From NCBI GenBank assembly GCA_963847095.1, contig CAWJYS010000021.1, positions 123,590 through 187,589 on the forward strand: DNA of 64,000 nucleotides. Direction: 5' to 3'. The stretch comes from Methanotrichaceae archaeon. Lineage in GTDB: Archaea; Halobacteriota; Methanosarcinia; Methanotrichales; Methanotrichaceae. Every line of letters starts with the position of its first letter. The first letter of the stretch is position 1. The notes under the pieces are model-generated. The model made no database searches. It was not told the origin of the DNA and was given only the letters and a program-made list of their open reading frames with translations. Of the stretch, positions 20,105 to 28,979 are shown one piece after another. The translations under genes and the position numbers were made by a program.

Positions 20105-20773
20105 TTGATACAGAATGCGCAATCATCAAGTGTGCTGATTTGGGTAGCAATTATATCTGCACTATCAGCTATAGCATCAGCTTCAATATCAGCTTATCTA
20201 GTCGGTAAAGTGAATTATGATACAAATAAGAAGTTAGAGCAACAAAGGTTTGAGAACAACAACAGATTAGAAAAAGAGAAAGCTAAAAATCTAAAAATCC
20301 AAAAACAATGGGAAGTATTCAGCAAGTTAAAAGGTATTCAAGCGGCATTACCTCAAGATTATATAAATACATATCAAACTGTTGTAGGAATCGTCAGTCA
20401 ACAAGCTGCATCTAGACTACATTCTGAAGAAGAAAATCAACGACTTCATATTGATGAAGCTAGAAGGTTAATTGATAGATCATACGAAAATAAAAAAACA
20501 TTTGCTAGGAATCGACAAAAATTATATGAAATAATAGGTTTAATTCTGATTTTATTTCCAAATAAACCCGAATTGCATGAAAAGATCAATCCTATATATT
20601 CACAAATAACAGTATTTGAATCCGAATTTAATGAAACTAATCTAATAGAAGAGATTGAAGCCTTAGTTCCACATATTTTTGGCGATCTTAAGAAATGGGT
20701 TGAAACATTTGATCATGAAAAAGTAGAAGAGAATCTTGATAAGATTAAAGAATGGAAAACGGGGAAAGTATGA
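20105..20773 (+). CDS. Membrane-anchored coiled-coil protein
   Basis: N-terminal TM segment (VLIWVAIISALSAIASASISAYLVG), then a charged coiled-coil region. Confidence 0.5.
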   Translation: MIQNAQSSSVLIWVAIISALSAIASASISAYLVGKVNYDTNKKLEQQRFENNNRLEKEKAKNLKIQKQWEVFSKLKGIQAALPQDYINTYQTVVGIVSQQAASRLHSEEENQRLHIDEARRLIDRSYENKKTFARNRQKLYEIIGLILILFPNKPELHEKINPIYSQITVFESEFNETNLIEEIEALVPHIFGDLKKWVETFDHEKVEENLDKIKEWKTGKV

Positions 20774-21295
20774 AAAAGTAAACCAACTAACAGTAGAAAA
20801 CGTATGTCAACAGCTAAAGGATTTACTTAATTATCTTCAAGCAGAAATACATACTTCGGAAGAGGATTCTATACTGATCATTAATTTTTTTCAAAGGTTA
20901 CTCTAAATTTAGGATTTAGGGTTTCCCATCTCCTCTTTTATATAGCCGTGTTTTAAGCATTCTGTTTTGCTTTATTGAAATGCTCATGGGAAGCTGGATA
21001 ATTACCGCGATTGATGCTAATATCCTGGCAAAGACAGTAGCCAATAATAGTATACCTCTATAAGCCCCTTACAAGCCCATAGCGAAGCTTTGCAGATAGC
21101 TTGAAGGGTAAACCTTATTATGTAGATCCATGTGCAATTTTGGGCCTACCATTGCTTCGCGGCATATTTTCAAGCCCTTAGAGTAACAAGACTGGCGACT
21201 GGTATCCAAAAAAGCTTATATCTTAGAAGCCCTATCTCACATTAAAACATGGAGAAAGTGATACAATCAAAATCACTACCAGCAAAATGTTTCCA

Positions 21296-21368
21296 TGGGG
21301 CCACTGCGATTTGAACGCAGGTCACAAGACCCCCAGTCTTGTAGGATACCAGGCTACCCTATGGCCCC
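21296..21368 (-). tRNA. tRNA-Pro (anticodon GGG), no encoded CCA
   Basis: The reverse complement GGGGCCATAGGGTAGCCTGGTATCCTACAAGACTGGGGGTCTTGTGACCTGCGTTCAAATCGCAGTGGCCCCA folds as a cloverleaf: acceptor stem 7 bp, anticodon stem CAAGA/TCTTG with loop CTGGGGG, and T arm CTGCG-TTCAAAT-CGCAG. Confidence 0.85.
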
Positions 21369-21456
21369 TCACAGCGCTACCCTAGGATGTAGAACAGGCA
21401 TATAAGGGTTTCCCATTCATCAAAAATCATAATAATATAAAAAGCTCCGAAGGCAG

Positions 21457-22179
21457 CTAGCCCCCAGATGCACTCATCTCCTTCTTGAAGAACTCGTTCA
21501 TCATTCCGATATACATCTCCTGCGGGAGAAGCGGGCGGCCAACCGCCTTTTGTGTTTCTGCCGACATCTCGCCCTGCGCTACTAGCTGGCGGCCCGCCTC
21601 CCTTGCTGCCTGAAGCACATCGTCCACAGGCGCGCCCATATTTATCATAGGCCTCAGCGCCTCGCCGTGCGGCCTGAGAAGCGCGCCGGCGAAGACCATG
21701 CTCCAGCTGCGACAAAATGCCCTCATCCATACGAGCAGCGGATCGAAGTTGTCCATCTCCCAGTATGCACAGCTGGATACCAGCACCACCTTTTTTGCCT
21801 TTGTCCCTTCGGGGTTGGGCTGATACGTGTGGCCGTCTTTGATCTCCATTAGCGGCTGGCCGAGGGGAAGCATTCTATCGATCACGTTCTTCAAAGGAGC
21901 CGAAATACCGCTATCGTAAACCGGAGACGCATAAACTATAACATCTGCCTCCCTGAACCGAGGATAGAGCTGCTGCATATCGTCTTTTATCGCGCACTCG
22001 CCGGGATGCTTGAGCCAGCAGCCCATATCGCCGTTGCAGGGCTTGACCTCAAGCTCCTGTGTGTAGAACAGCTCCACATCCCCGCCCGCAGATCTGATGC
22101 CCTCCAGGAATGGATTCAGGATTAAAGCAGTGTTGCCTTTGTCCATATGCGGACTGCCGTTGATGGCAAGGACCTTCAT
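21457..22179 (-). CDS. NAD(P)H-dependent FMN-reductase / flavodoxin-like-fold flavoprotein
   Basis: MKVLAINGSPHMDKGNT N-terminus with a Cys cluster CNGDMGCWLKHPGEC. 240 aa, GC-rich. Confidence 0.6.
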   Translation of the reverse strand: MKVLAINGSPHMDKGNTALILNPFLEGIRSAGGDVELFYTQELEVKPCNGDMGCWLKHPGECAIKDDMQQLYPRFREADVIVYASPVYDSGISAPLKNVIDRMLPLGQPLMEIKDGHTYQPNPEGTKAKKVVLVSSCAYWEMDNFDPLLVWMRAFCRSWSMVFAGALLRPHGEALRPMINMGAPVDDVLQAAREAGRQLVAQGEMSAETQKAVGRPLLPQEMYIGMMNEFFKKEMSASGG

Positions 22180-22525
22180 GGTTGTGGGATGGGTCCTTCT
22201 GTCTTACTTAGTTTTCGGTAATTGATTCAGCCTATAGCTAGCAAGGTAGCTGCCTTGATCACTTGCTCATTAGTGAGTTATCATTAACTATGTTACGATT
22301 CGAATTTTCTATACAGATATCAGAATTTTCGATATGCTTGGGCATCACCAAGTATTTATCTTCAAAAAACATAGAAGAAGTGGCGCTTGAGAGATTATCT
22401 CTGGGTTTCATATCGGAAAGGATGGATAGAGATGAGGGGAGCGAGCTTGAAATATTTAGTGATTATATTATTATATGCTGTAACAATGTGTATAGCGGGC
22501 ACGAGCGCCATGAAGATAGATTTGG

Positions 22526-23482
22526 ATGAAAAGGGTGTGCCGAACTGTCGATTACGGCTTTGTATCTAAACAGGGAGATAGTTCGGCTACTAAACAGGAT
22601 GGGTGGACATATGTCGGGAAACAAAGAAACCCCTTAACGGTCTCTACTCAGGGCATGACCTACTATAATCAATATCTGCAGGGCAACGAAAGCTCCAGGG
22701 ATCTTTTTTTGAACTGCTCAGATTGGCTTTTAGATAACGCCGCGAAGCGGGATAACATCCTGGTCTGGGAATACAAATATAGTTGGCCGACTTATAACAA
22801 TACTCCGCCCTTTTTGTCCGGCATGTCACAGGCCGCAGCGATCAAAGTCCTGGCTACGGCCTACAAACTCACCGGCGAAGAAAAATATAAGGACGCCGCC
22901 AAAAAAGGATTAGGGGCTTTCTTCATAGAAGTGAAAAATGGAGGAATAACGTATAAAGATAAAGAAGGCTGGTGGTACGAAGAGTACGCCCAACCTGGCG
23001 CAAAGATCGAACCTAGAGTTTTAAACGGCCACATGTTCGCCCTTATGGACCTCAATGAATATTATAATTTAACCCAGGATGGGCAGGCCAAACAACTCTT
23101 TAATCTTGGGTTAAGCGATCTAAAGGCACGCCTCGAAGATTATGACGCGAGGAACGGGAGCCGCTACGACAGAGTGGGAAATCTGGCCGTCTTCAAATAT
23201 CATGATATCCATGTAGGCCAGCTTCACGCGCTTTATAAGAATACGGGAGATTCTTACTTTAAACTTTACAGAAATCGCTGGGCTCAAAAAGAACTGGTTA
23301 CGCTCCAGAAGGACTTGGAAAAAACTAACAAAGCCATTTCCAAGCTCGAATTGTACCAGTCTGATTTAACCAAGAAGAAAGCAGACGTCGAGACCATGAT
23401 CGCCGAAGAAGAGAACCAAGAGCTAACCCAAACACCCACCCGGCAGAATTCACTCTTTGAATTCATCTCAAAGCTATTTTAA
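22526..23482 (+). CDS. Hypothetical protein, possibly a D-glucuronyl C5-epimerase C-terminal-domain-like fold. The N-terminus is uncertain (see finding).
   Basis: WPTYNNTPPFLSGMSQAAAIKVL and NGHMFALMDL segments. The family assignment is from recollection only. Confidence 0.35.
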   Translation: MKRVCRTVDYGFVSKQGDSSATKQDGWTYVGKQRNPLTVSTQGMTYYNQYLQGNESSRDLFLNCSDWLLDNAAKRDNILVWEYKYSWPTYNNTPPFLSGMSQAAAIKVLATAYKLTGEEKYKDAAKKGLGAFFIEVKNGGITYKDKEGWWYEEYAQPGAKIEPRVLNGHMFALMDLNEYYNLTQDGQAKQLFNLGLSDLKARLEDYDARNGSRYDRVGNLAVFKYHDIHVGQLHALYKNTGDSYFKLYRNRWAQKELVTLQKDLEKTNKAISKLELYQSDLTKKKADVETMIAEEENQELTQTPTRQNSLFEFISKLF

Positions 23483-23689
23483 CCATTTATGAATAGCAGC
23501 ACATGAAGGATATGATGGGGTAACAATGCAGTTGAATTGAGTTCATTGCGGAAACTGCAACATTTAGGGCGTTAATATTAAGCTCTTTGTGCATTTATCT
23601 TGTGATGAACTAATGTTTCTGACAAAGCGTAAGGTACAAAGAGATATCTAATGCGGTTTCCAGCAAAGTTGACCGTAAAATCCTTTGGG

Positions 23690-23846
23690 CGTCCTTTGTG
23701 GGCTTTGTGAGCTTTGTGGTGGTATTTCGTAAGCTTTTGTAGTTAATTACGGACTTAAATCAAACCCCAAAGCTCACAAAGAACTTTTAAGCTTAAGATC
23801 TCTTGACGACCCAAAATGAGGACTACTTAGTTTGGAGGGGCACTAG
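23690..23846. repeat. Dispersed inverted-repeat element of the CACCACAAAGCTCACAAAG family
   Basis: cctttgtgggctttgtgagctttgtggtgg...ccaaagctcacaaag. Homologous to 37538-37688 and 56512-56618. Confidence 0.65.
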
Positions 23847-23929
23847 ATCCCTAGACACAGGTCTATCGCAACTGCTAGTCTTGAAATGATCTGATTGTTT
23901 AGGCCTGATCCGGACATCGCTGTTTTATT

Positions 23930-24193
23930 TCAACGATCTTTCCCCGCAGGTTTCTTCAGGCCCACAGACACCATCCATGCTCCAACTACTACCGTTATCC
24001 CGAATAGAATCAGAGATGGAGCCTCGAGCCCGTGGGGGATGGTGAATAAAACCACGGCACCCATGACGACGCTGCCAAGACCAATGCCTATCACGCTCAA
24101 CCTCGGGTAGATGGGAGTTACGAAAAGGCCCAGGGTTATTAACGCTGCGGCCACGAGAAGAGGAGGCGAGAAAAGTGGGATGGATATTATCAT
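23930..24193 (-). CDS. Small two-TM membrane protein
   Basis: 87 aa, hydrophobic. Confidence 0.4.
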   Translation of the reverse strand: MIISIPLFSPPLLVAAALITLGLFVTPIYPRLSVIGIGLGSVVMGAVVLFTIPHGLEAPSLILFGITVVVGAWMVSVGLKKPAGKDR

Positions 24194-25399
24194 GTTACAA
24201 ACTCGATCTACAGAATACTTATAGTTTCTTCCCGGCGGTTCCCTTCACTGCAGGCAGTGTGCCCTTGACTGGACTGAAGTAGCTTTTTGCCTGGTTCCGA
24301 AACTGAGTTATGCGCGTGAAAGGTATTTATCTTGGGACGAGAGGGACGAATGAAGGATATAGGGCCTGGCCAAATTACAGAAATCTCGTTACACTACCCA
24401 CGACGTATTAAGGAGTATGTGCCTCTTCTCAGTTAAAACAGTGGTCATTATCCAATCGATTAGGCCTGGCATACGGGTTATTTTTTCTTCCAAAGGGGCT
24501 GAGATGGCATATTCGTAGCCTTCACAGCTACGCTTCACAGAATACTTTCGCTCTATCAACGCCTCCTTAATTCCTTCTTCGAATACTGAGACAAGATTCC
24601 CGTTTGAGTCGGGCGAAAGGCCATCAATGATGTGTGCTCTTATGTCTTCTCCTTGCGAATTGCAGGTCCGGATGCAGAGGGTGGCCTGATCATCGGTTAA
24701 GAGGACGAAGAAGTACCTATCGGGATGAGTCAGAATGTCACAACGCAGCTTTTCAAATGTGCATTCAATTCCAATCTTTATCGAAGTAATTCCCCCTTGT
24801 TAAATCATTTTGGTCGAATCCGAGGCGAGCCTTTCGAAGTCATCATCAGGCTTTGCTTTTCAGAGAGAATTTGGTAAGCTTCTTTTAGATTGACTCTGCC
24901 GAAGATTATAATTTAAATTAATCCGTGTCCAATAGTTAAAAATTTTTCGGTCTGTTGGCGGTGATATGATTGTTATATACGGCACTTACATCTCTTACAT
25001 CTTGACGCTACTAAGTTGTAATTAGAATGTATTCGGATCTTCATGCTGAAGATAAGCTCATAATATGCGGTTAAACAATACCCCTATTCTTCTAATATAT
25101 TTTTTATGTATTCTATCAATATATTTCTATAATATATTCTTCTAATATATACTTTTTAACATGCTGTCCAACATTCGGTGACTGCACAACCTCTCCCACT
25201 GTCAGACTAGCTGCAGATGCCAGACCAGCTCAAGCTGCAGGACTTAGTGCGAATCCCCATAAGATCCAGCTATAAATGCTAATTGTAGATGAGGGCGTCT
25301 TTTTTTCATTGTTTTATTTTAACGTAACGTATATCTGCAATATATTATCATTATTTGCCACCGCCCCAAAAATATATAAAAACATATCAATAGATAGTG

Positions 25400-25870
25400 T
25401 TTGTGGGATACTGGGCAGTCGGGTGAACTCCTCTCGCGGCCTAAAGGCCGGAGCTTCCTACTTTTGCTTCCTGATAGGGGATCATCGCCCTCTGGCTCCT
25501 CGCCCGTTTTGCAGGAATTTTCGGGTCGTCCTTCATTCAGTGAAGTTTGGCGTATCCAGGGACTCCAAAGTCAAGCCATTTCCTCACACAAGGGATCACA
25601 GGATAGGCGAATAGACGCTAAGTTCGGGTATTCCCTCCGAACGGTGAAGCCGAAGCCACACCTTGGATAAGAGATGAATGTAATGCCAAATATAGGTAAT
25701 GCACAGAGCGAAAGTAATCAGGGGGAGGGCTCCGCTTTCATCCTGTGGCTGACTTTTTGTCAGCCACTCCCCCGGACTCCGTCCGGGAGACCGCCCTAAA
25801 GGACGGGGACTTCTCGCTCCGCCCTCTCCGTTCCCGCAAGTTAAAAACGAAAGCTGAAAGCTTTATCGAT
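25400..25870. ncRNA. Candidate structured non-coding RNA, class undetermined
   Basis: A GC-rich island of about 470 nt inside a very AT-rich gene desert, with no credible ORF. It contains multiple perfect hairpins, e.g. GTGGCTGAC-TTTTT-GTCAGCCAC and CCGTCC...GGACGG. Confidence 0.25.
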
Positions 25871-26097
25871 CAAGCCTCAATCGAATGCAATCATCAGCAA
25901 AATTAGCGCTGTCAGTACATAAACAGATTTAGATAGATGAATGGATCATATTTTGCTGAGTTATCTAAAAAATTCAACATTATTGAGAGAGAAACAGCAA
26001 TCTATTGACCTATTATTACTAGATCCTTTAACCGCCGACTTAATATATCTTAGGATAGTGATATGATAAGACAGTAACTTTAATAGGAGAGTCACCT

Positions 26098-26856
26098 GTG
26101 TCACAAGGATGCATAAAGATGGCTAAGGCCATTATCTTCTCGCTATTATTCATATCCATGGTTGCAGCTGGCCAGACGAGCGACCAAAAGATCGCTTTTG
26201 AGCCGATAGATCATACTTATATCTACGATGTCAATAATGATGGGAGCGTCAAGTGCACATGGTCAACTACCATCCTCCCCAAAGAGCCGACCATACTTTA
26301 CACCTATTCTTTCCGCGGCGGGGAGACAAAGAACTACCAGGCAGAGGATTCCTTGGGCCAGATGATAGACCCTGACGTTAATGAGGATAACGGCCAGAGA
26401 ACCATCTCATTGCTGTTGGCAGGCTATCCCACGGGTAAGCCCTATCAGTTCAACTTAAGCTTTGACTGGAGCGGCCTCCTCACGAGAAATGGGGATAGAC
26501 ATACACTCTACACCAGCGTGAACGTAGGAGACCCCCAGGCAGCCGGGATAATAGTAATACCGCCCCAGGACTCCAGAATAGGGACCTCAGTTGTAACCAA
26601 GGGAAATAGCAGTGAGCCCTTCCAGAGAGAGATGCTCTCCAACAGGAACGCCTTAGTCTGGCGTAGCGATAATACTGGAAACGATACTGAGATAGTATTC
26701 CGGGCGAACTTCAACTACTACAGCGCCACTATGAGGCTGATGGATAACGTCTCATACATATTAATCGGTCTTACGATAATAATCGTAGCCGCTCTGCTGC
26801 TGGGATACCGGAAGAAGCTGCCGGGGATGGCGTCCAAGATCAAAGAGCGCATATGA
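26098..26856 (+). CDS. Secreted protein with a C-terminal TM anchor
   Basis: Signal peptide MAKAIIFSLLFISMVAAGQT. C-terminal ILIGLTIIIVAALLLGYRKK. First gene of a three-gene overlapping operon. Confidence 0.55.
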   Translation: MSQGCIKMAKAIIFSLLFISMVAAGQTSDQKIAFEPIDHTYIYDVNNDGSVKCTWSTTILPKEPTILYTYSFRGGETKNYQAEDSLGQMIDPDVNEDNGQRTISLLLAGYPTGKPYQFNLSFDWSGLLTRNGDRHTLYTSVNVGDPQAAGIIVIPPQDSRIGTSVVTKGNSSEPFQREMLSNRNALVWRSDNTGNDTEIVFRANFNYYSATMRLMDNVSYILIGLTIIIVAALLLGYRKKLPGMASKIKERI

Positions 26857-28979
26857 ATGAGGCGTCGGGCAGAGATTCCACCATGAGCAGCAATTCCGGG
26901 AAGCCGACACGGGTTAGAGATTTCCTTCCATATCTACCCCTCCTCTTCTTCATCTTCTGGGAATCGGGAATAGTGCACTCATACTTCCAGCTGATGACGC
27001 CCATGTACATCGTGAGCCTGGTCTCTGGTTTATCCCTGCTCATCTTCTTCTCCTGGGGGAGGTTCGAGAAGGCCAGAGTTCTGGGCATCCCCATATTCTT
27101 CATGTTCTTCTTGCTGAGAAACCCAGTTCCTTATATTTTTCTTCTACTGGTAGTAGCATATTATTTTTATAGAAACGAGTACCTGTTGAAGACCATCTTC
27201 ATCCTGATTCCCTTAACCATCGCAGAGGGACTGGGCATCGGGCTGGACATCAGGGTCACCCTCCTCATAACCCTAATATTCTTCCTGATTGCAGCCCGCT
27301 ACAGCTTGGGAGAGGGTTTGAAGGCTAGAGTGAAGCCCATAACCATTGGCGTCCTCTATGCCTCTCTCATCCTCCTACTTATCAGCATATCTCCGCTGGA
27401 TCCCCTTGCCGGAGAAAAAGACAGCAAAATCGCATACGATGGGTTTCATCATAAGCTGGACTCAGCCTTCTTTGAGAACGACACAATAACTCACTCGACA
27501 TTGAGATACTTAAACTCAGTAGGGTACAATGCTACCGTTCTTGAGGAGCCGATCTCTCCAAAATCCCTGAAGGACGTAAGCATACTCATAATAGAAACTC
27601 CTGAGGAGGCTTACACCTCACAGGAGATCGATTATCTTACCGATTTTGTCAACAACGGCGGCGGACTCTTCGTATTGGGGGACCACACCAACATCATGGA
27701 TTGCTATACAACGCTAAACCCCATACTGCATGAGTTCGGCCTTCACCTTAACTTCGACTACAGCATGCTCTGGGAGCCTCATTTCACCAGCCTGGCGAAC
27801 TTCGACAGCACTGAAGAGACGGCCGGAGCTACGCTGAAGGTCAACAGATCCGATGCACTCATATTTTATGCACTAAAATATACTACCTGGGCAGATCTGG
27901 GCGATTGGACCGCGACAAACCATGCCTATATGGGCGATGTAGTACCCCAAGAGAACGAGCAGTACGGCGTCCTTCCCATATGTGCTGCTGTCAATTACGG
28001 CAAGGGACGGGTAGTTGCCATTGCTAACAGCGACTCCATGAGCGGTTCCAACCTGCTTTACAACTACGACTTCATCACGAAGATAATGGGTTACCTCAAC
28101 TACGAGAACAGCTTCTTCAAGAGCATCTGGTTCCAGGCTATTTTGGTCGTTTTAGTAATGCTTGGAATATTCAGGGCACGCCTGGCTGCAATACCGCCTT
28201 TGATCATCTCACTGGCCCTGATCCTGGTGCTGGTCCAGATACAAGCAGCAATCCCTGCAACATCAGAGCCTGCAAACCCGATTGCTCTCGACATCGGACA
28301 TGTGAACATCGAGGGCTACGGGTATCCTCATCAGTATAAGAGCGTCTTCTTCGCCATATTTGCCCAGCACTACGGCTTCAATCCCGTCCTGACAAAAGAG
28401 GTTCCAAGAGACCTGGAAAAGTATAAAGCCTACGTGACAATGGGACCGACCAACTCCTTTAGCCCTGATGAGGTGGAAAGGCTGAGAAGCTACGTCCAGA
28501 ATGGCGGCTCATTAGTGGTGTTTGACGGCTACCATTCCGATACGCCCGCCAATACTTCGAACAATGCTGCAAACTCCCTGGTCAAAGATTTCGGCCTCTA
28601 TCTCAACGGATCGCTACTGGGGGAGATCAGTTATTTCAACTACACAACTTGGGGCTTCAATCTGCCCTATCTGCAGCAGACGAGGATACAGATCACTCCG
28701 CAGAATGACCCTCTGATGGAGGGTATCGGCGGAAATATCACCATGTACTCCGCAGTAGAGGTCCTGGGCGGAACTCCCCTTGCCCTGTATAACAACACGA
28801 CGCCAGTCATGGTGATCCAGAAGCTCGGCAAAGGCAGGATAATTGTTGTAGGGGACCACACGATATTAAGGGAGTTCGTGAGGTACGAGCCTGTCTTCGC
28901 ATATCCGGATCCAAACCTGAAGAAGTTCATCGAAAACCTGTTCGTATCCATTGGAGGGAGGGAAGAGAATGGAATTTGA
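26853..28979 (+). CDS. Large integral membrane protein (708 aa) with extracytoplasmic domains
   Basis: About eight N-terminal TM segments, then soluble regions with recurring GDHT / GGxLxV motifs. Paralogous to the next gene. Confidence 0.65.
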   Translation: MNEASGRDSTMSSNSGKPTRVRDFLPYLPLLFFIFWESGIVHSYFQLMTPMYIVSLVSGLSLLIFFSWGRFEKARVLGIPIFFMFFLLRNPVPYIFLLLVVAYYFYRNEYLLKTIFILIPLTIAEGLGIGLDIRVTLLITLIFFLIAARYSLGEGLKARVKPITIGVLYASLILLLISISPLDPLAGEKDSKIAYDGFHHKLDSAFFENDTITHSTLRYLNSVGYNATVLEEPISPKSLKDVSILIIETPEEAYTSQEIDYLTDFVNNGGGLFVLGDHTNIMDCYTTLNPILHEFGLHLNFDYSMLWEPHFTSLANFDSTEETAGATLKVNRSDALIFYALKYTTWADLGDWTATNHAYMGDVVPQENEQYGVLPICAAVNYGKGRVVAIANSDSMSGSNLLYNYDFITKIMGYLNYENSFFKSIWFQAILVVLVMLGIFRARLAAIPPLIISLALILVLVQIQAAIPATSEPANPIALDIGHVNIEGYGYPHQYKSVFFAIFAQHYGFNPVLTKEVPRDLEKYKAYVTMGPTNSFSPDEVERLRSYVQNGGSLVVFDGYHSDTPANTSNNAANSLVKDFGLYLNGSLLGEISYFNYTTWGFNLPYLQQTRIQITPQNDPLMEGIGGNITMYSAVEVLGGTPLALYNNTTPVMVIQKLGKGRIIVVGDHTILREFVRYEPVFAYPDPNLKKFIENLFVSIGGREENGI

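Noticed and set aside
11741-21294. Integrase or recombinase inside the tRNA-bounded island
   Set aside because: I read all ORFs of 60 aa or more in the interval and the end-proximal short ORFs (11787-12132) for R..HxxR..Y or serine-recombinase motifs. None was found, so the element is reported as integrase-less.
25276-25670. ORFs of 112 and 89 aa in the 25.3-25.7-kb region
   Set aside because: They sit inside the GC-rich hairpin-dense tract, overlap each other, and have no RBS or coding periodicity. The region is treated as non-coding or a possible RNA.
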